Origin: Candidatus Latescibacterota bacterium
GTDB lineage: Bacteria > Latescibacterota > UBA2968 > GCA-2709665
Direction of reading: 5' to 3'
Assembly: GCA_965237675.1 (NCBI GenBank)
Contig: OZ250150.1
Span: 5,056,001 to 5,120,000 of the forward strand
DNA length: 64,000 bases
Shown here: positions 55,531 through 64,000 of the stretch, piece after piece
Position numbering within the stretch: the first letter of the stretch is position 1
Layout of the letters: the number at the start of each line of letters is the position of its first letter
The notes under the pieces: model-generated
What the model was told of the DNA's origin: nothing
Seen by the model: the letters and a program-made list of their open reading frames with translations, nothing else
Databases searched by the model: none
Made by a program: the position numbers and the translations under genes

Positions 55531-56443
55531 GGCCGCCCCCTTCGGGTATACGCAGCCCCATCGTGTCCAGATGTATCTCCAAGAACCCTAGAAACGATGC
55601 GGCCGCACGCGAGAGATGCCCTCCTTCACGCCGCACCATCCCCACCTTGCGGACCGGAAGCCCCAACACTCGAAGCGCCGCCAGCCTGCCCGATCTCACT
55701 TCGTCCCGAACCGCGACTTCGGGAACGATCGCGATCCCCAGTCCAATCTCCACGAACCGCTTGATCACTTCAATGCTGCCCAACTCCATCGTAACCTGCG
55801 GCATAAGCCCGGCCTCGGCAAACATCCGATCCATCAACCCCCTGCTCGTACTGCCCCGCTCCAGCATCAGCATCGCACAGGTGCTCAGCGAATGCAGATC
55901 GACCGCGTCCTTACAGGCGAGGGGATGGCTTGCACCGCAAATGGCAACATCTTCTCTCAAAAAGAACGGTCTCGTCCTCACCCTGGGTTCAGTTACCGGT
56001 AACGTGGCCAGCCCGAAATCCACCGCACCCTCGAATACCAGCCGCACTACCTCCGGCGACATCCGGTCCGTGAGGCGGATCTCGACACCTGGATACGCCT
56101 GTCGAAATGCTTTTACTGCGGGGGGCAACACATAGGCGCAATTCGTGTCGCTAGTGCCGATACACAGCCGGCCCGTTCGCAACTCACCGAGAGCCGCCAG
56201 ATCCTGGCGGACCTGCTCGGTCATTTCAAGAATGGTTTCGGCACGTGATAACAGAAGCCGGCCGGCCTCGGTTAACAGAATCTGCTTGCCCCGGCGCTCA
56301 AAAAGCTTTTCTCCGAGCTCGTCTTCAAGTGCCTTCACCTGAAGACTCACGGCGGGCTGTGTCAGAAACAGTTTCCCCGCGGCACGGGTAAAGCTCTTCT
56401 CTCGCGCTGTTTCGACAAACCCCTTCAGGCGATCCAGGTCCAT
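55514..56443 (-). CDS. LysR family transcriptional regulator
   Basis: SFTRAAGKLFLTQPAVSLQVKALEDELGEKLFER helix-turn-helix. Confidence 0.95.
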   Translation of the reverse strand: MDLDRLKGFVETAREKSFTRAAGKLFLTQPAVSLQVKALEDELGEKLFERRGKQILLTEAGRLLLSRAETILEMTEQVRQDLAALGELRTGRLCIGTSDTNCAYVLPPAVKAFRQAYPGVEIRLTDRMSPEVVRLVFEGAVDFGLATLPVTEPRVRTRPFFLREDVAICGASHPLACKDAVDLHSLSTCAMLMLERGSTSRGLMDRMFAEAGLMPQVTMELGSIEVIKRFVEIGLGIAIVPEVAVRDEVRSGRLAALRVLGLPVRKVGMVRREGGHLSRAAASFLGFLEIHLDTMGLRIPEGGGRGVPE

Positions 56444-56530
56444 ATGGCGGTCTCCGGCGTAACGCGTTGTCTGGCCGATCATCACTCTCGAGCCTCCCCG
56501 TCCGATCGATCGGGAGATTCCACAAGATAC

Positions 56531-56597
56531 TATAAATTATTAATATAACAAAGATAATATTAATAAATTTTACTTATTTATCCAGAAGCCGCATAAT
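56531..56597 (+). promoter_or_regulatory. Two LysR-type T-N11-A boxes plus promoter of the purA-like gene
   Basis: ATA-N9-TAT at 56532-56546 and ATA-N9-AAT at 56554-56568 (22 bp apart); TTTACT-17 nt-CATAAT at 56569-56597. Confidence 0.65.
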
Positions 56598-56695
56598 AGG
56601 TCCGGACATTGTCCAAGCATCCCCGGCGGTCAACCCGAACTTCGCGCCAACTCTCGACTCAAACCTCAACGCAACACTCGACCTGGAGGAATACC

Positions 56696-57706
56696 GTGTG
56701 TGCGACCATTGTTGTAGACGCGCTTTGGGGCGATTCCGGCAAGGGCAAAATTTCCGCCTATGCCGCCCTCAAGCAGAAAGCCGCCTTTTGTGTTCGCGCG
56801 GGCACCGGCACAAATGCCGGTCACAGCATCTACTTTGAAGACGGCTTCCAGATTCGAACCCACCAACTGTGCTGCGGCTGGCTATATCCAGGAACCTCGC
56901 TTCGGATCGGAAGCGGAGTCGCGGTAGATCCAGAGATCTTCCTCCGGGAAGTCCACGCCTACGGACTCGCCGGACGAGTAGGGGTGGATCTGCGCTGCCC
57001 GGTGATTACACCCGAACATCGCGCGCGGGAAGCCCAGGACCGGCATCTGGCTGCCGTCTTGGGCAGTGTCTGCATCGGCAGCGGCGCAGCCAGAGCGGAT
57101 TTTGTCCTGCGCCGCGCCCGGCAGGCGCGGGACATCCGGGAACTTGAGGATTACCTTACCGACGTACCGCGCGAGATCAACGCGGCCTGCAGTGAGGGCC
57201 GTGCCGTCATCATCGAATGCAGCCAGGGTACCCACCTTTCCCTGGCGCTGACCAGGGATTACCCCTTTTGCACTTCCGACAACTGCACCTCTGTTGCCGC
57301 GGCAGACGACGTGGGCCTGAATTGGCAGTTTATCAAAGAGGTCATCCTGGTCGTTAAAGCCGTGCCCAGTCGCGTCGGCGAGGGCCCTCTGCCGTTCGAA
57401 ATGGGAATTGGTGAACAGGATAGGCGAGGTATTGCCGAATACGGTGTGACCACCGGCCGACGTCGCAGAAAAGCCCATGGGATCTCCTGGCCGCACTTTG
57501 AAGAGGCGGTAATACTCAACGGGCCCACCCAGATCGCCCTCACTTTTTGCGACCACCTTGACCCCGGCGTACGGGGCGCGCGGAAGCCGGAGGCGCTCAC
57601 GGAACCGGTTCTGGAACTGATTCGCGAGGTGGAAACACGCGCAAGAGTACCGGTAACCCTCGTGGAAACGGGAAAGTATTTCGGAGACATCGTAGACCTA
57701 TCATAG
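56696..57706 (+). CDS. purA: Adenylosuccinate synthetase family protein, short archaeal type (divergent paralogue)
   Basis: WGDSGKGK, NAGH, SQG, YPFCTS, RVGEGP, EYGVTTGRRRR; 336 aa; GTG start after GGAGG. Confidence 0.85.
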   Translation: MCATIVVDALWGDSGKGKISAYAALKQKAAFCVRAGTGTNAGHSIYFEDGFQIRTHQLCCGWLYPGTSLRIGSGVAVDPEIFLREVHAYGLAGRVGVDLRCPVITPEHRAREAQDRHLAAVLGSVCIGSGAARADFVLRRARQARDIRELEDYLTDVPREINAACSEGRAVIIECSQGTHLSLALTRDYPFCTSDNCTSVAAADDVGLNWQFIKEVILVVKAVPSRVGEGPLPFEMGIGEQDRRGIAEYGVTTGRRRRKAHGISWPHFEEAVILNGPTQIALTFCDHLDPGVRGARKPEALTEPVLELIREVETRARVPVTLVETGKYFGDIVDLS

Positions 57707-57999
57707 CGGAGTTGATTGCACACACAGAACGAGCGGATTTTCGGTTTGAAAATCCGCCCATCATAACCTTCGGCGACCAACCGTCCAATGCCAACTCTCT
57801 ACCCACCTCCCTCGCAGGTCGGGTGGAAGAAGGACCGGCAGACCTCGTAACGCCGCTGAGTCACTTGCCTTCCCGGTATTGCAGGGTATTCGACGGGGTG
57901 CCATCCTCCATCGATGGGGGTGGCGGCAGGCCCCCTTCCGAACAACATGACCCGTACCCGCCAGCGCCCCGCGCCGAGACCCGCGGTATCCAAGCCGCG

Positions 58000-58296
58000 C
58001 TAATTCCTTCTGTTACGCCCACTACCGACTATTGCCAGCCATGCCGACTCGTAGTCTAAGAGCGCGGTCCGCCATGCGTCGCGGTCTCCAAGACCGCGTT
58101 GCAACTCCAGCGCCAGTGCATCGACGGTCTGCTCGGCTGCATCGACGGTTGCCAGCCGTTCCGCATCCACTGTATGCAGGGCGACACCGTTAAGCTCCGT
58201 TTGTATGCGTTCCACAACCCGGCGAAAGTCTTCGCTCAAGCTCGTAAGTGCGCCCGTGCCGGTGACCTCGCCCTGATGCACTGCATGGTCAGACAT
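58000..58296 (-). CDS. Small hypothetical helical protein
   Basis: 98-aa ORF with strong RBS AAGGAGG. Confidence 0.6.
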   Translation of the reverse strand: MSDHAVHQGEVTGTGALTSLSEDFRRVVERIQTELNGVALHTVDAERLATVDAAEQTVDALALELQRGLGDRDAWRTALLDYESAWLAIVGSGRNRRN

Positions 58297-58430
58297 ATCG
58301 GACCTCCTTGCCCGGGTTTTAAATGGGTCCTCGTTACGGCATCTTGCATAACATATATACTAAACAAATGTGCAGCTGTCAAGCTGATTCAATGGGTTTA
58401 ATTGTTTAAAATTAAATTATTTACGATTAA

Positions 58431-60118
58431 CCCGATTAATTCATGAATCGTCAGATAGAGCATTTTAAGGAAGCAGAAAGAGCTTCCGAGTGAGACAAGA
58501 AACGAAAGCGCATGGGCTGTGACGGATTTGGCGTGTTCAAGCCGTTTGGGCGGCGCCTGCTTTGCCTCGTGACGTCAGGTTGACCTCGATGCCCGTGTCA
58601 AGCGCACAGACTTCTCCATGACCTTTGGTGGTGGTCGATGCAAATGTGAAGGCGGGGTCAGCACGTCGATGGGTTATGGAACACCCGTTGCCAGATTATA
58701 GAGGATCTTGCCATAAAGGTGTTTGAGTGGAAACGCCGTTGGCAGATGGAACTTGATTTTAGTTTTCAACTCACAAACGCGCCCGGCGACTTTCAAGAGA
58801 CGATTTTGCAGGGTATTGAACTGTGCGTTGGTCCACTTCGTGCCGCGCAATCCGATTGCAGCCAGGCTGTGCATCAGGACATAGGCGGCGCTGTGGAGAA
58901 AGAGACGGAAGTGATTGGCCTGGAAGGTGTGACAAGAGGTGCGATCGGAATGGAGAAAGGTCTTGTGATTTTTGATGAAGTTTTCCATCCTGCCGCGTGT
59001 GCAATAGGCGGTTTTGTAGATGAATGACGGTTGGGCGCGCTTCAGGTTGGTGACCACGAATCGGATATTGACACCTTGCGGTGTCACTTCCGCCTTGCAG
59101 ACGATGCGTTGTGGACACGCCCAGGTGCCGGCCTGATAGGCCCAACAGCGATAAAGGCGCACGGTTTCTCCGGAATCGGCATACCGCGTTTTGGCCTGGT
59201 CTATCAAGGACTGTGCCTTCCGCAGGAGTTTGGCGTTGCCGTTCTGTCCGAGGACAAAATACACATCTTCTTCCTCACACAACACGTGCACTTCCGGACA
59301 CGAAAAATGCGCATCGCCACGTAACAGGATCTCCACGTCGGGCCAGGCTTTACGCAGGTAGGCGATCACCCGTTTGAGGATGGTGACGATCTCTTTACCC
59401 GCAGGCCGCCTGCCAGGACGCAAGACCGTCGTGATCAACTTGCCGGTTTGGCCTTCATAGATATGCAGGGGCTGGTAGCAATAGCCATTGAAATACGCAT
59501 TGAACAACGACAACTGTTGAGACCCATGCACCTTGTCTTCGGTGTCATCGATGTCCAACAGAATGGCTTCCGGCGGTTCCTCATACGAGGCGACAAACAC
59601 ATCCGCAAAGGCCTTGGCGATCCGATACAAATCGGTTCTGCTGATGCGGTTCTCGAACCGACTCATCGTGGGCTGACTGGCCAGGTCCGCGCCAGACAAC
59701 GGCAACCGATCACAGGCCGCCTTGAAGCCGGGGTCCTCGCGTAACGTCTTGCAATCATTCGCATCCTCATACCCACAGGCCATCTGAAAGACACGTTGTT
59801 TGATCAGGTCCATCATCGAATGATGTACGTAACTTTGATGTCGATGATCGGTGAGCGCCGCAACCATCCGATGCAAAATGCCGACATTGGCCTCGACCTC
59901 ACGAAGCAGCATCACCCCGACGTCGGTCGTCAGCACGCCCCCGTCGAACGTGGCTTCTACCTGCCTACCAGAAAGACTTGCGAAAGACAACCTGTGATGT
60001 TTATCTTGAACTCCCACGGTAGTTTCCTCCTGTTTCATTGTTATTAGGTTATTTGCGTAACCATAATATAATACAATGACTTGGGTATGGAAACTACCTT
60101 TTTTGTGAATTATTCAGG
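58431..60118 (-). mobile_element. IS1380 family insertion sequence (1688 bp)
   Basis: Inverted repeats CCCGATTAATTCATGAA / CCTGAATAATTCACAAA; TTAA on both sides (58427-58430 and 60119-60122). Confidence 0.9.
58674..60038 (-). CDS. IS1380 family DDE transposase
   Basis: FDGGVLTTD, GYEDAND, LASQPTMSRFEN, LDID, RGDAHF, RGRMENFIK. Confidence 0.95.
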   Translation of the reverse strand: MKQEETTVGVQDKHHRLSFASLSGRQVEATFDGGVLTTDVGVMLLREVEANVGILHRMVAALTDHRHQSYVHHSMMDLIKQRVFQMACGYEDANDCKTLREDPGFKAACDRLPLSGADLASQPTMSRFENRISRTDLYRIAKAFADVFVASYEEPPEAILLDIDDTEDKVHGSQQLSLFNAYFNGYCYQPLHIYEGQTGKLITTVLRPGRRPAGKEIVTILKRVIAYLRKAWPDVEILLRGDAHFSCPEVHVLCEEEDVYFVLGQNGNAKLLRKAQSLIDQAKTRYADSGETVRLYRCWAYQAGTWACPQRIVCKAEVTPQGVNIRFVVTNLKRAQPSFIYKTAYCTRGRMENFIKNHKTFLHSDRTSCHTFQANHFRLFLHSAAYVLMHSLAAIGLRGTKWTNAQFNTLQNRLLKVAGRVCELKTKIKFHLPTAFPLKHLYGKILYNLATGVP

Positions 60119-60545
60119 TTAAGCGTACTGTGTCACAGATACATCAACTTCGAGTTCAACGGCTGGTAGCGGTCGCATGCCCCGAAATACGCCCGGTCGT
60201 GTGAATTAACTTTGCACAGGCCGTCCTTCTCTCATATATTGGGTGACGAGCCTTCCGGAAAGACTAAAGAGCGTCTGTGGATTGGATATGGGGTCGATGC
60301 CCGTCTCTCAGTACGTCTGGCCGCGGTCCGGGATCATGGCCGATTTCTACCACGACCGGCTGTGTTCGACGATCGCGTGGACGAATCGCCTTTGCCCGTT
60401 GTCACGGCTTTGAGGCGGAATCGGGTGCCTGCCTCAGTGACCTGTTCTGACAATATACGATTCGCCCGGAAGCTGTCTCTGATTCCGGGCACCTCCATCG
60501 GCACCGTTTTGTAATTTCATCTCGATTGGAAGGAGGAGAACAGCC

Positions 60546-61370
60546 ATGCCCGAAATGCCGGTTGGCGTCATGATGAGCGTTGGATGGACCCTTGACCAGC
60601 TCAGGCAGGTCCGGGATCTGGGTTTCGCCAGTGTACAGATTGCCGCACCATCCGAGGATGTCCTGAAAGATAGACAAAGAAGTACCGCGCTGATCCGAGA
60701 CATTCATTCGGTCGGCATTGAAGTTACTACCGTCTTCGCGGGGTTTTCAGAAGAGAGTTACGCTGACATTCCGACCATCAGAGAGACGGTGGGGTATCTC
60801 AATCCATCCCTGCGTGAGGAACGTATAAGAAAAACCGAGCGCATTTCCGATTTTGCAAAAGCGCTCGGCGTTGACAAGGTTGCCGCACACATCGGCTTCG
60901 TCCCGGAAGATCCGGATCACCCGGACCACCAAGCCATGGTTGCATGTGTGAGACGAGTGGCCGACTATTGCGGCCGGAACGGACAGGACTTCTGCCTGGA
61001 AACCGGTCAGGAAACGGCTTCCGCGCTGCGCCATTTTCTCCAGGCACTGAGTCGAGACAACGTGAAAGTCAACTTCGACCCCGCCAATATGATTCTTTAT
61101 GGAAGCGGTGAACCCATCGAGGCCCTCGGTATTGCGGGCGACTACGTCGTCAGCGTCCACGCGAAAGACGGAAAGTGGCCCCCCGGCGAAGGACAACTCG
61201 GCGCGGAATACCCCCTGGGCAAGGGCGACGTCGGTATGGCCGGTTTTGTTGCCAAACTCAAACAGATCGGATACCGAGGACCAGTCACCATGGAACGCGA
61301 AATACCGGATTGGGACCAAAAAGTGAGGGATCTGGTCCAGGGCAAAAAACTGCTGGAAAGCCTGATGTAG
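60546..61370 (+). CDS. Sugar phosphate isomerase/epimerase (AP endonuclease 2 TIM barrel)
   Basis: LETGQE, NFDPAN, HAKD, GYRGPVTMERE; RBS AGGAGG. Confidence 0.9.
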   Translation: MPEMPVGVMMSVGWTLDQLRQVRDLGFASVQIAAPSEDVLKDRQRSTALIRDIHSVGIEVTTVFAGFSEESYADIPTIRETVGYLNPSLREERIRKTERISDFAKALGVDKVAAHIGFVPEDPDHPDHQAMVACVRRVADYCGRNGQDFCLETGQETASALRHFLQALSRDNVKVNFDPANMILYGSGEPIEALGIAGDYVVSVHAKDGKWPPGEGQLGAEYPLGKGDVGMAGFVAKLKQIGYRGPVTMEREIPDWDQKVRDLVQGKKLLESLM

Positions 61371-61671
61371 CTGATGCCCACGGGGCCAGGCACGCAGAAA
61401 CGCCCTCTCTCCGTAGAGTAACCTTTTGGCGGGAGGGAAGGTCCAAAAGGACAACGACGGAAGAAAGGGCGTATCTATATCCTTATACTTCTGCGCAGCG
61501 GCAAAGTTTCAACATAAAGTGAATCTACGGTGGTGACAACCTCGCCGGGGAAGGGTCTCGTTTACGCTTACACATTGGCGTCTCAGATCCGGACGATCCA
61601 TCTTTTTTTTGTCAACCACCACCCGCGGCGCTTCTTGTCGGTTATGGCGATGATCGATCGTCCGCATCGCC

Positions 61672-62565
61672 TCAAAAATACTTCCCGACGCCAATTGACA
61701 GGGAGAATCCACTCAGGTCGCCGGGGTTGCCCAGCGCATCCGAAAAGCGCGCCAGCGTGTATCGCCCGTCGGTCGTTACGGCCAGATCTTTGTTCTTGCC
61801 AAACCGAACGTCAAAACCGGCCAGAACATACCCTCCCAGCGTGAATGAAATGTCGGAGAATCCACCAACGTGTATCCCCCGTTGCGACAACCACATATTC
61901 GCTCTGCCAGATCCACCCCCCGATCCAGTACCGATGCCCAATCCACCCGGAGAGTAGCCGCCGTAGCCACCCCCATGGTCGAATCGGACATATGGCCCGG
62001 CACCAAATCCGACATGGGGCACGATTCGCTTCTTCACCCCAAACTGCCGTTGTAATCCCACCGGAATCGATACGAGTGTCACCCGCTGCACCCCGGGGCG
62101 TAGATTCTCCCCGAGCTTCTTCGAAGCCTGGAGCGGTCCATACGTCATGTATTCATTACCCGCAATCAGGCGCACAGAGGGCGAGAGCCGCCGGTCGTAT
62201 CCAAAGCGGAACCCGAAGCCACCTGTCGCGCTCGAAAAATACAGGCTCAAACCGTTCAGATCGCGCATGGCCGATTGTGGCCCGACAAGATCCCCCGCTT
62301 CCGAATATTCGGACCACTTTATCGGACGGACCCCGTCTGCCGCCCCGGCCGACCGTCCGAACCGCGCCGCGGCGGACGGTACGACTATATCCGAACCCTT
62401 CCAGGGCATCTCGTCAGCCCCCGGAAAACCGTTCCCATTCTGGACAACACACGCCCCCGCACCGACTCCGGGCGTCGTCTCGACCGGATCCGGCTCCGCT
62501 GCCGCAACGGTCCACGCGGCACCGAGTAACACCTGACAGGTCAGAATTCCCAGAACGGTTCTCAT
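61672..62565 (-). CDS. Hypothetical outer-membrane beta-barrel protein
   Basis: Signal peptide after RBS AGGAGG, amphipathic beta-strands, C-terminal SIGVGKYF. Confidence 0.65.
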   Translation of the reverse strand: MRTVLGILTCQVLLGAAWTVAAAEPDPVETTPGVGAGACVVQNGNGFPGADEMPWKGSDIVVPSAAARFGRSAGAADGVRPIKWSEYSEAGDLVGPQSAMRDLNGLSLYFSSATGGFGFRFGYDRRLSPSVRLIAGNEYMTYGPLQASKKLGENLRPGVQRVTLVSIPVGLQRQFGVKKRIVPHVGFGAGPYVRFDHGGGYGGYSPGGLGIGTGSGGGSGRANMWLSQRGIHVGGFSDISFTLGGYVLAGFDVRFGKNKDLAVTTDGRYTLARFSDALGNPGDLSGFSLSIGVGKYF

Positions 62566-62633
62566 ATCCCACCTCCTGATAGACAACAGCCATATCGCCG
62601 GCCGTTGGTACGTGTTTTCTACGCTGATTGCCC

Positions 62634-63833
62634 TTATGGCGTGACGACCAGGATCCGATCGTCTCCAGTCCGCGGCTGACCCCGGCCGTCCCGGTTGCTG
62701 GTGGCCAGGTACACCTCGCCATCGGGCCCCACCAGCACATCCCGCAGCCGGCCGAATGCGCCGCGGAACAGGTCGTCCTTCGCCGTCGCACTCAGACCGT
62801 CGGCGGACAGGGTTATGCGCCAGAGCGCCTGCCCCTTCAACGTCGTGAACAGGAGGCCCCCCTTCCAGGCCGGTATCCGGTCCTCCGCGTATATGTCTGC
62901 GCCGGAAGGTGCGATTGTCGGTGTCCACGCCGCCAACGGTTCAGCGACATTGTTTGCCGTACAAAAAGTGGTTTCTCCGGTTAACACATCATTGTCACAA
63001 AATCCATGAACCTCGGGCCAGCCATAATTGCGTCCAGCCAGAATCAAGTTCACTTCATCGTTATCGCGCGGGCCATGTTCGGTACTGTAAAGCATCCCGG
63101 TTGACGGGTGAAACACGAGCCCCTGAGGATTCCGATGCCCAAATGTATAAACCGCTGTACCAAACGGATTTCCGGCCGCGGGCCTTCCATCGAGATCGAG
63201 TCGCAAGACCTTGCCCGCCAGCGAATTTAGATCCTGGGCAAGCCCGGGAGATTGTGCGTCGCCGGTTGTGAGATACAATAGTTCGTCCGGACCGACCACA
63301 AGCCTCGATCCGTCGTGGTTCGGTGCTCCGGGAATGTCGTTCAAAAGAACTTCAGGCTGGCCCAGCGCCGAGCCGTCGTATCGCATCCGTACAAGACGAT
63401 TCCGAACGCCACTGCCCGTACTGTACGAATATATCGCATAAACAAAGGGCCGGTTCTGAAAGTCCGGGTGAAACGCGATCCCCATCAACCCGCTTTCACT
63501 TAACTCGAAGGCGCCAATCTGCCCCACCTTCGTTACAGCACCCGTCTTCACATCCACGCGGGAAATCGTACCGGCGCGTTCACTCACCCAGATCTGGCCA
63601 TCCGGTCCCCACGCCAGATCCCAGGGTGTGTCCAACCCGGTGACCAGGGTTCGCACCGTCAGCCCGTCCACCGTGTTATCGACTGCCGACCCGCTTTCCT
63701 CGTCTGGAGCCGAATCCTCCGGCGTGGAGTCGTTTACGCTCTTTCCGCATCCCGACACCGCCAGTATCACCGCCAACACCAAAGTGACTCGGTAGCCCAC
63801 GACCGGCCTCCGTCTTCGTGAAATAGCGCGCAT
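62634..63833 (-). CDS. PQQ-dependent sugar (glucose/sorbosone, YliI-like) dehydrogenase lipoprotein
   Basis: Lipobox AVSGC, GLDTPWD, HDGSRL, GHRNPQG, EHGP, GRLRDV; start uncertain. Confidence 0.9.
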   Translation of the reverse strand: MRAISRRRRPVVGYRVTLVLAVILAVSGCGKSVNDSTPEDSAPDEESGSAVDNTVDGLTVRTLVTGLDTPWDLAWGPDGQIWVSERAGTISRVDVKTGAVTKVGQIGAFELSESGLMGIAFHPDFQNRPFVYAIYSYSTGSGVRNRLVRMRYDGSALGQPEVLLNDIPGAPNHDGSRLVVGPDELLYLTTGDAQSPGLAQDLNSLAGKVLRLDLDGRPAAGNPFGTAVYTFGHRNPQGLVFHPSTGMLYSTEHGPRDNDEVNLILAGRNYGWPEVHGFCDNDVLTGETTFCTANNVAEPLAAWTPTIAPSGADIYAEDRIPAWKGGLLFTTLKGQALWRITLSADGLSATAKDDLFRGAFGRLRDVLVGPDGEVYLATSNRDGRGQPRTGDDRILVVTP

Positions 63834-63881
63834 GCGAAAACGGGCCGACACGTTTTCTGGTTTCGTCCGCCGATGGACAGG

Positions 63882-64000
63882 CTAAAACAACCCGGTGTAG
63901 TCGATCGAAAAATACTGCTTGGGATGGCCAGTTTCCGCAAAATCAGTCGGCCAGGCCAGGTCGTACCGGAACAGATACCCGCCCAGGTTGACTCTTACAC
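63882..64000 (-). CDS. 3' end of a BamA/TamA-like outer-membrane protein (partial)
   Basis: Reads VRVNLGGYLFRYDLAWPTDFAETGHPKQYFSIDYTGLF-stop, resembling an Omp85 C-terminus. Confidence 0.55.
   Translation of the reverse strand, partial: VRVNLGGYLFRYDLAWPTDFAETGHPKQYFSIDYTGLF

Noticed and set aside
56696-57706. PurZ / Z-genome pathway
   Set aside because: The catalytic Asp is retained (GDSGKG, not GSxxKG), the aspartate loop is PurA-like, and there is no phage, datZ or mazZ context
57712-57999. Short ORFs in intergenic gaps (also 35718-36044, 60212-60514, 61371-61671)
   Set aside because: No RBS, atypical composition, no motifs

Overview
GC-rich bacterial chromosomal window from a diderm organism. 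It encodes a TonB-dependent receptor, TolC, beta-barrel proteins and a GWxTD protein; the gene content resembles Latescibacterota or related FCB-group lineages, which is inference only. Positions ~5-34 kb form a catabolic region: heparinase II/III-like lyases, a sulfatase, UxuA, enolase-superfamily, RraA, Ldh_2, Gfo/Idh/MocA and ceramidase-like enzymes, and GGT. A tRNA-Thr(CGT) follows. A ~15 kb minus-strand run then reads TPR-parvulin, GT4 glycosyltransferase, TolC, bifunctional IPCT/CDP-alcohol phosphotransferase, MlaC/HpnM-like, MMPL/RND, an internally duplicated membrane protein, GMC oxidoreductase, Gfo/Idh/MocA, polyprenyl synthase and transaldolase. This looks like a lipid head-group synthesis and export system with no periplasmic adaptor, and it is the best candidate for an undescribed system. 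Other highlights are a LysR-regulated short archaeal-type PurA paralogue with altered active-site residues next to a kinase, nested MITEs sharing a CTGCGTT-hairpin-GCGCCTT core, a candidate structured RNA behind a consensus sigma70 promoter, and an intact IS1380 with a TTAA duplication. All calls come from motif recognition by eye; no database searches were run.
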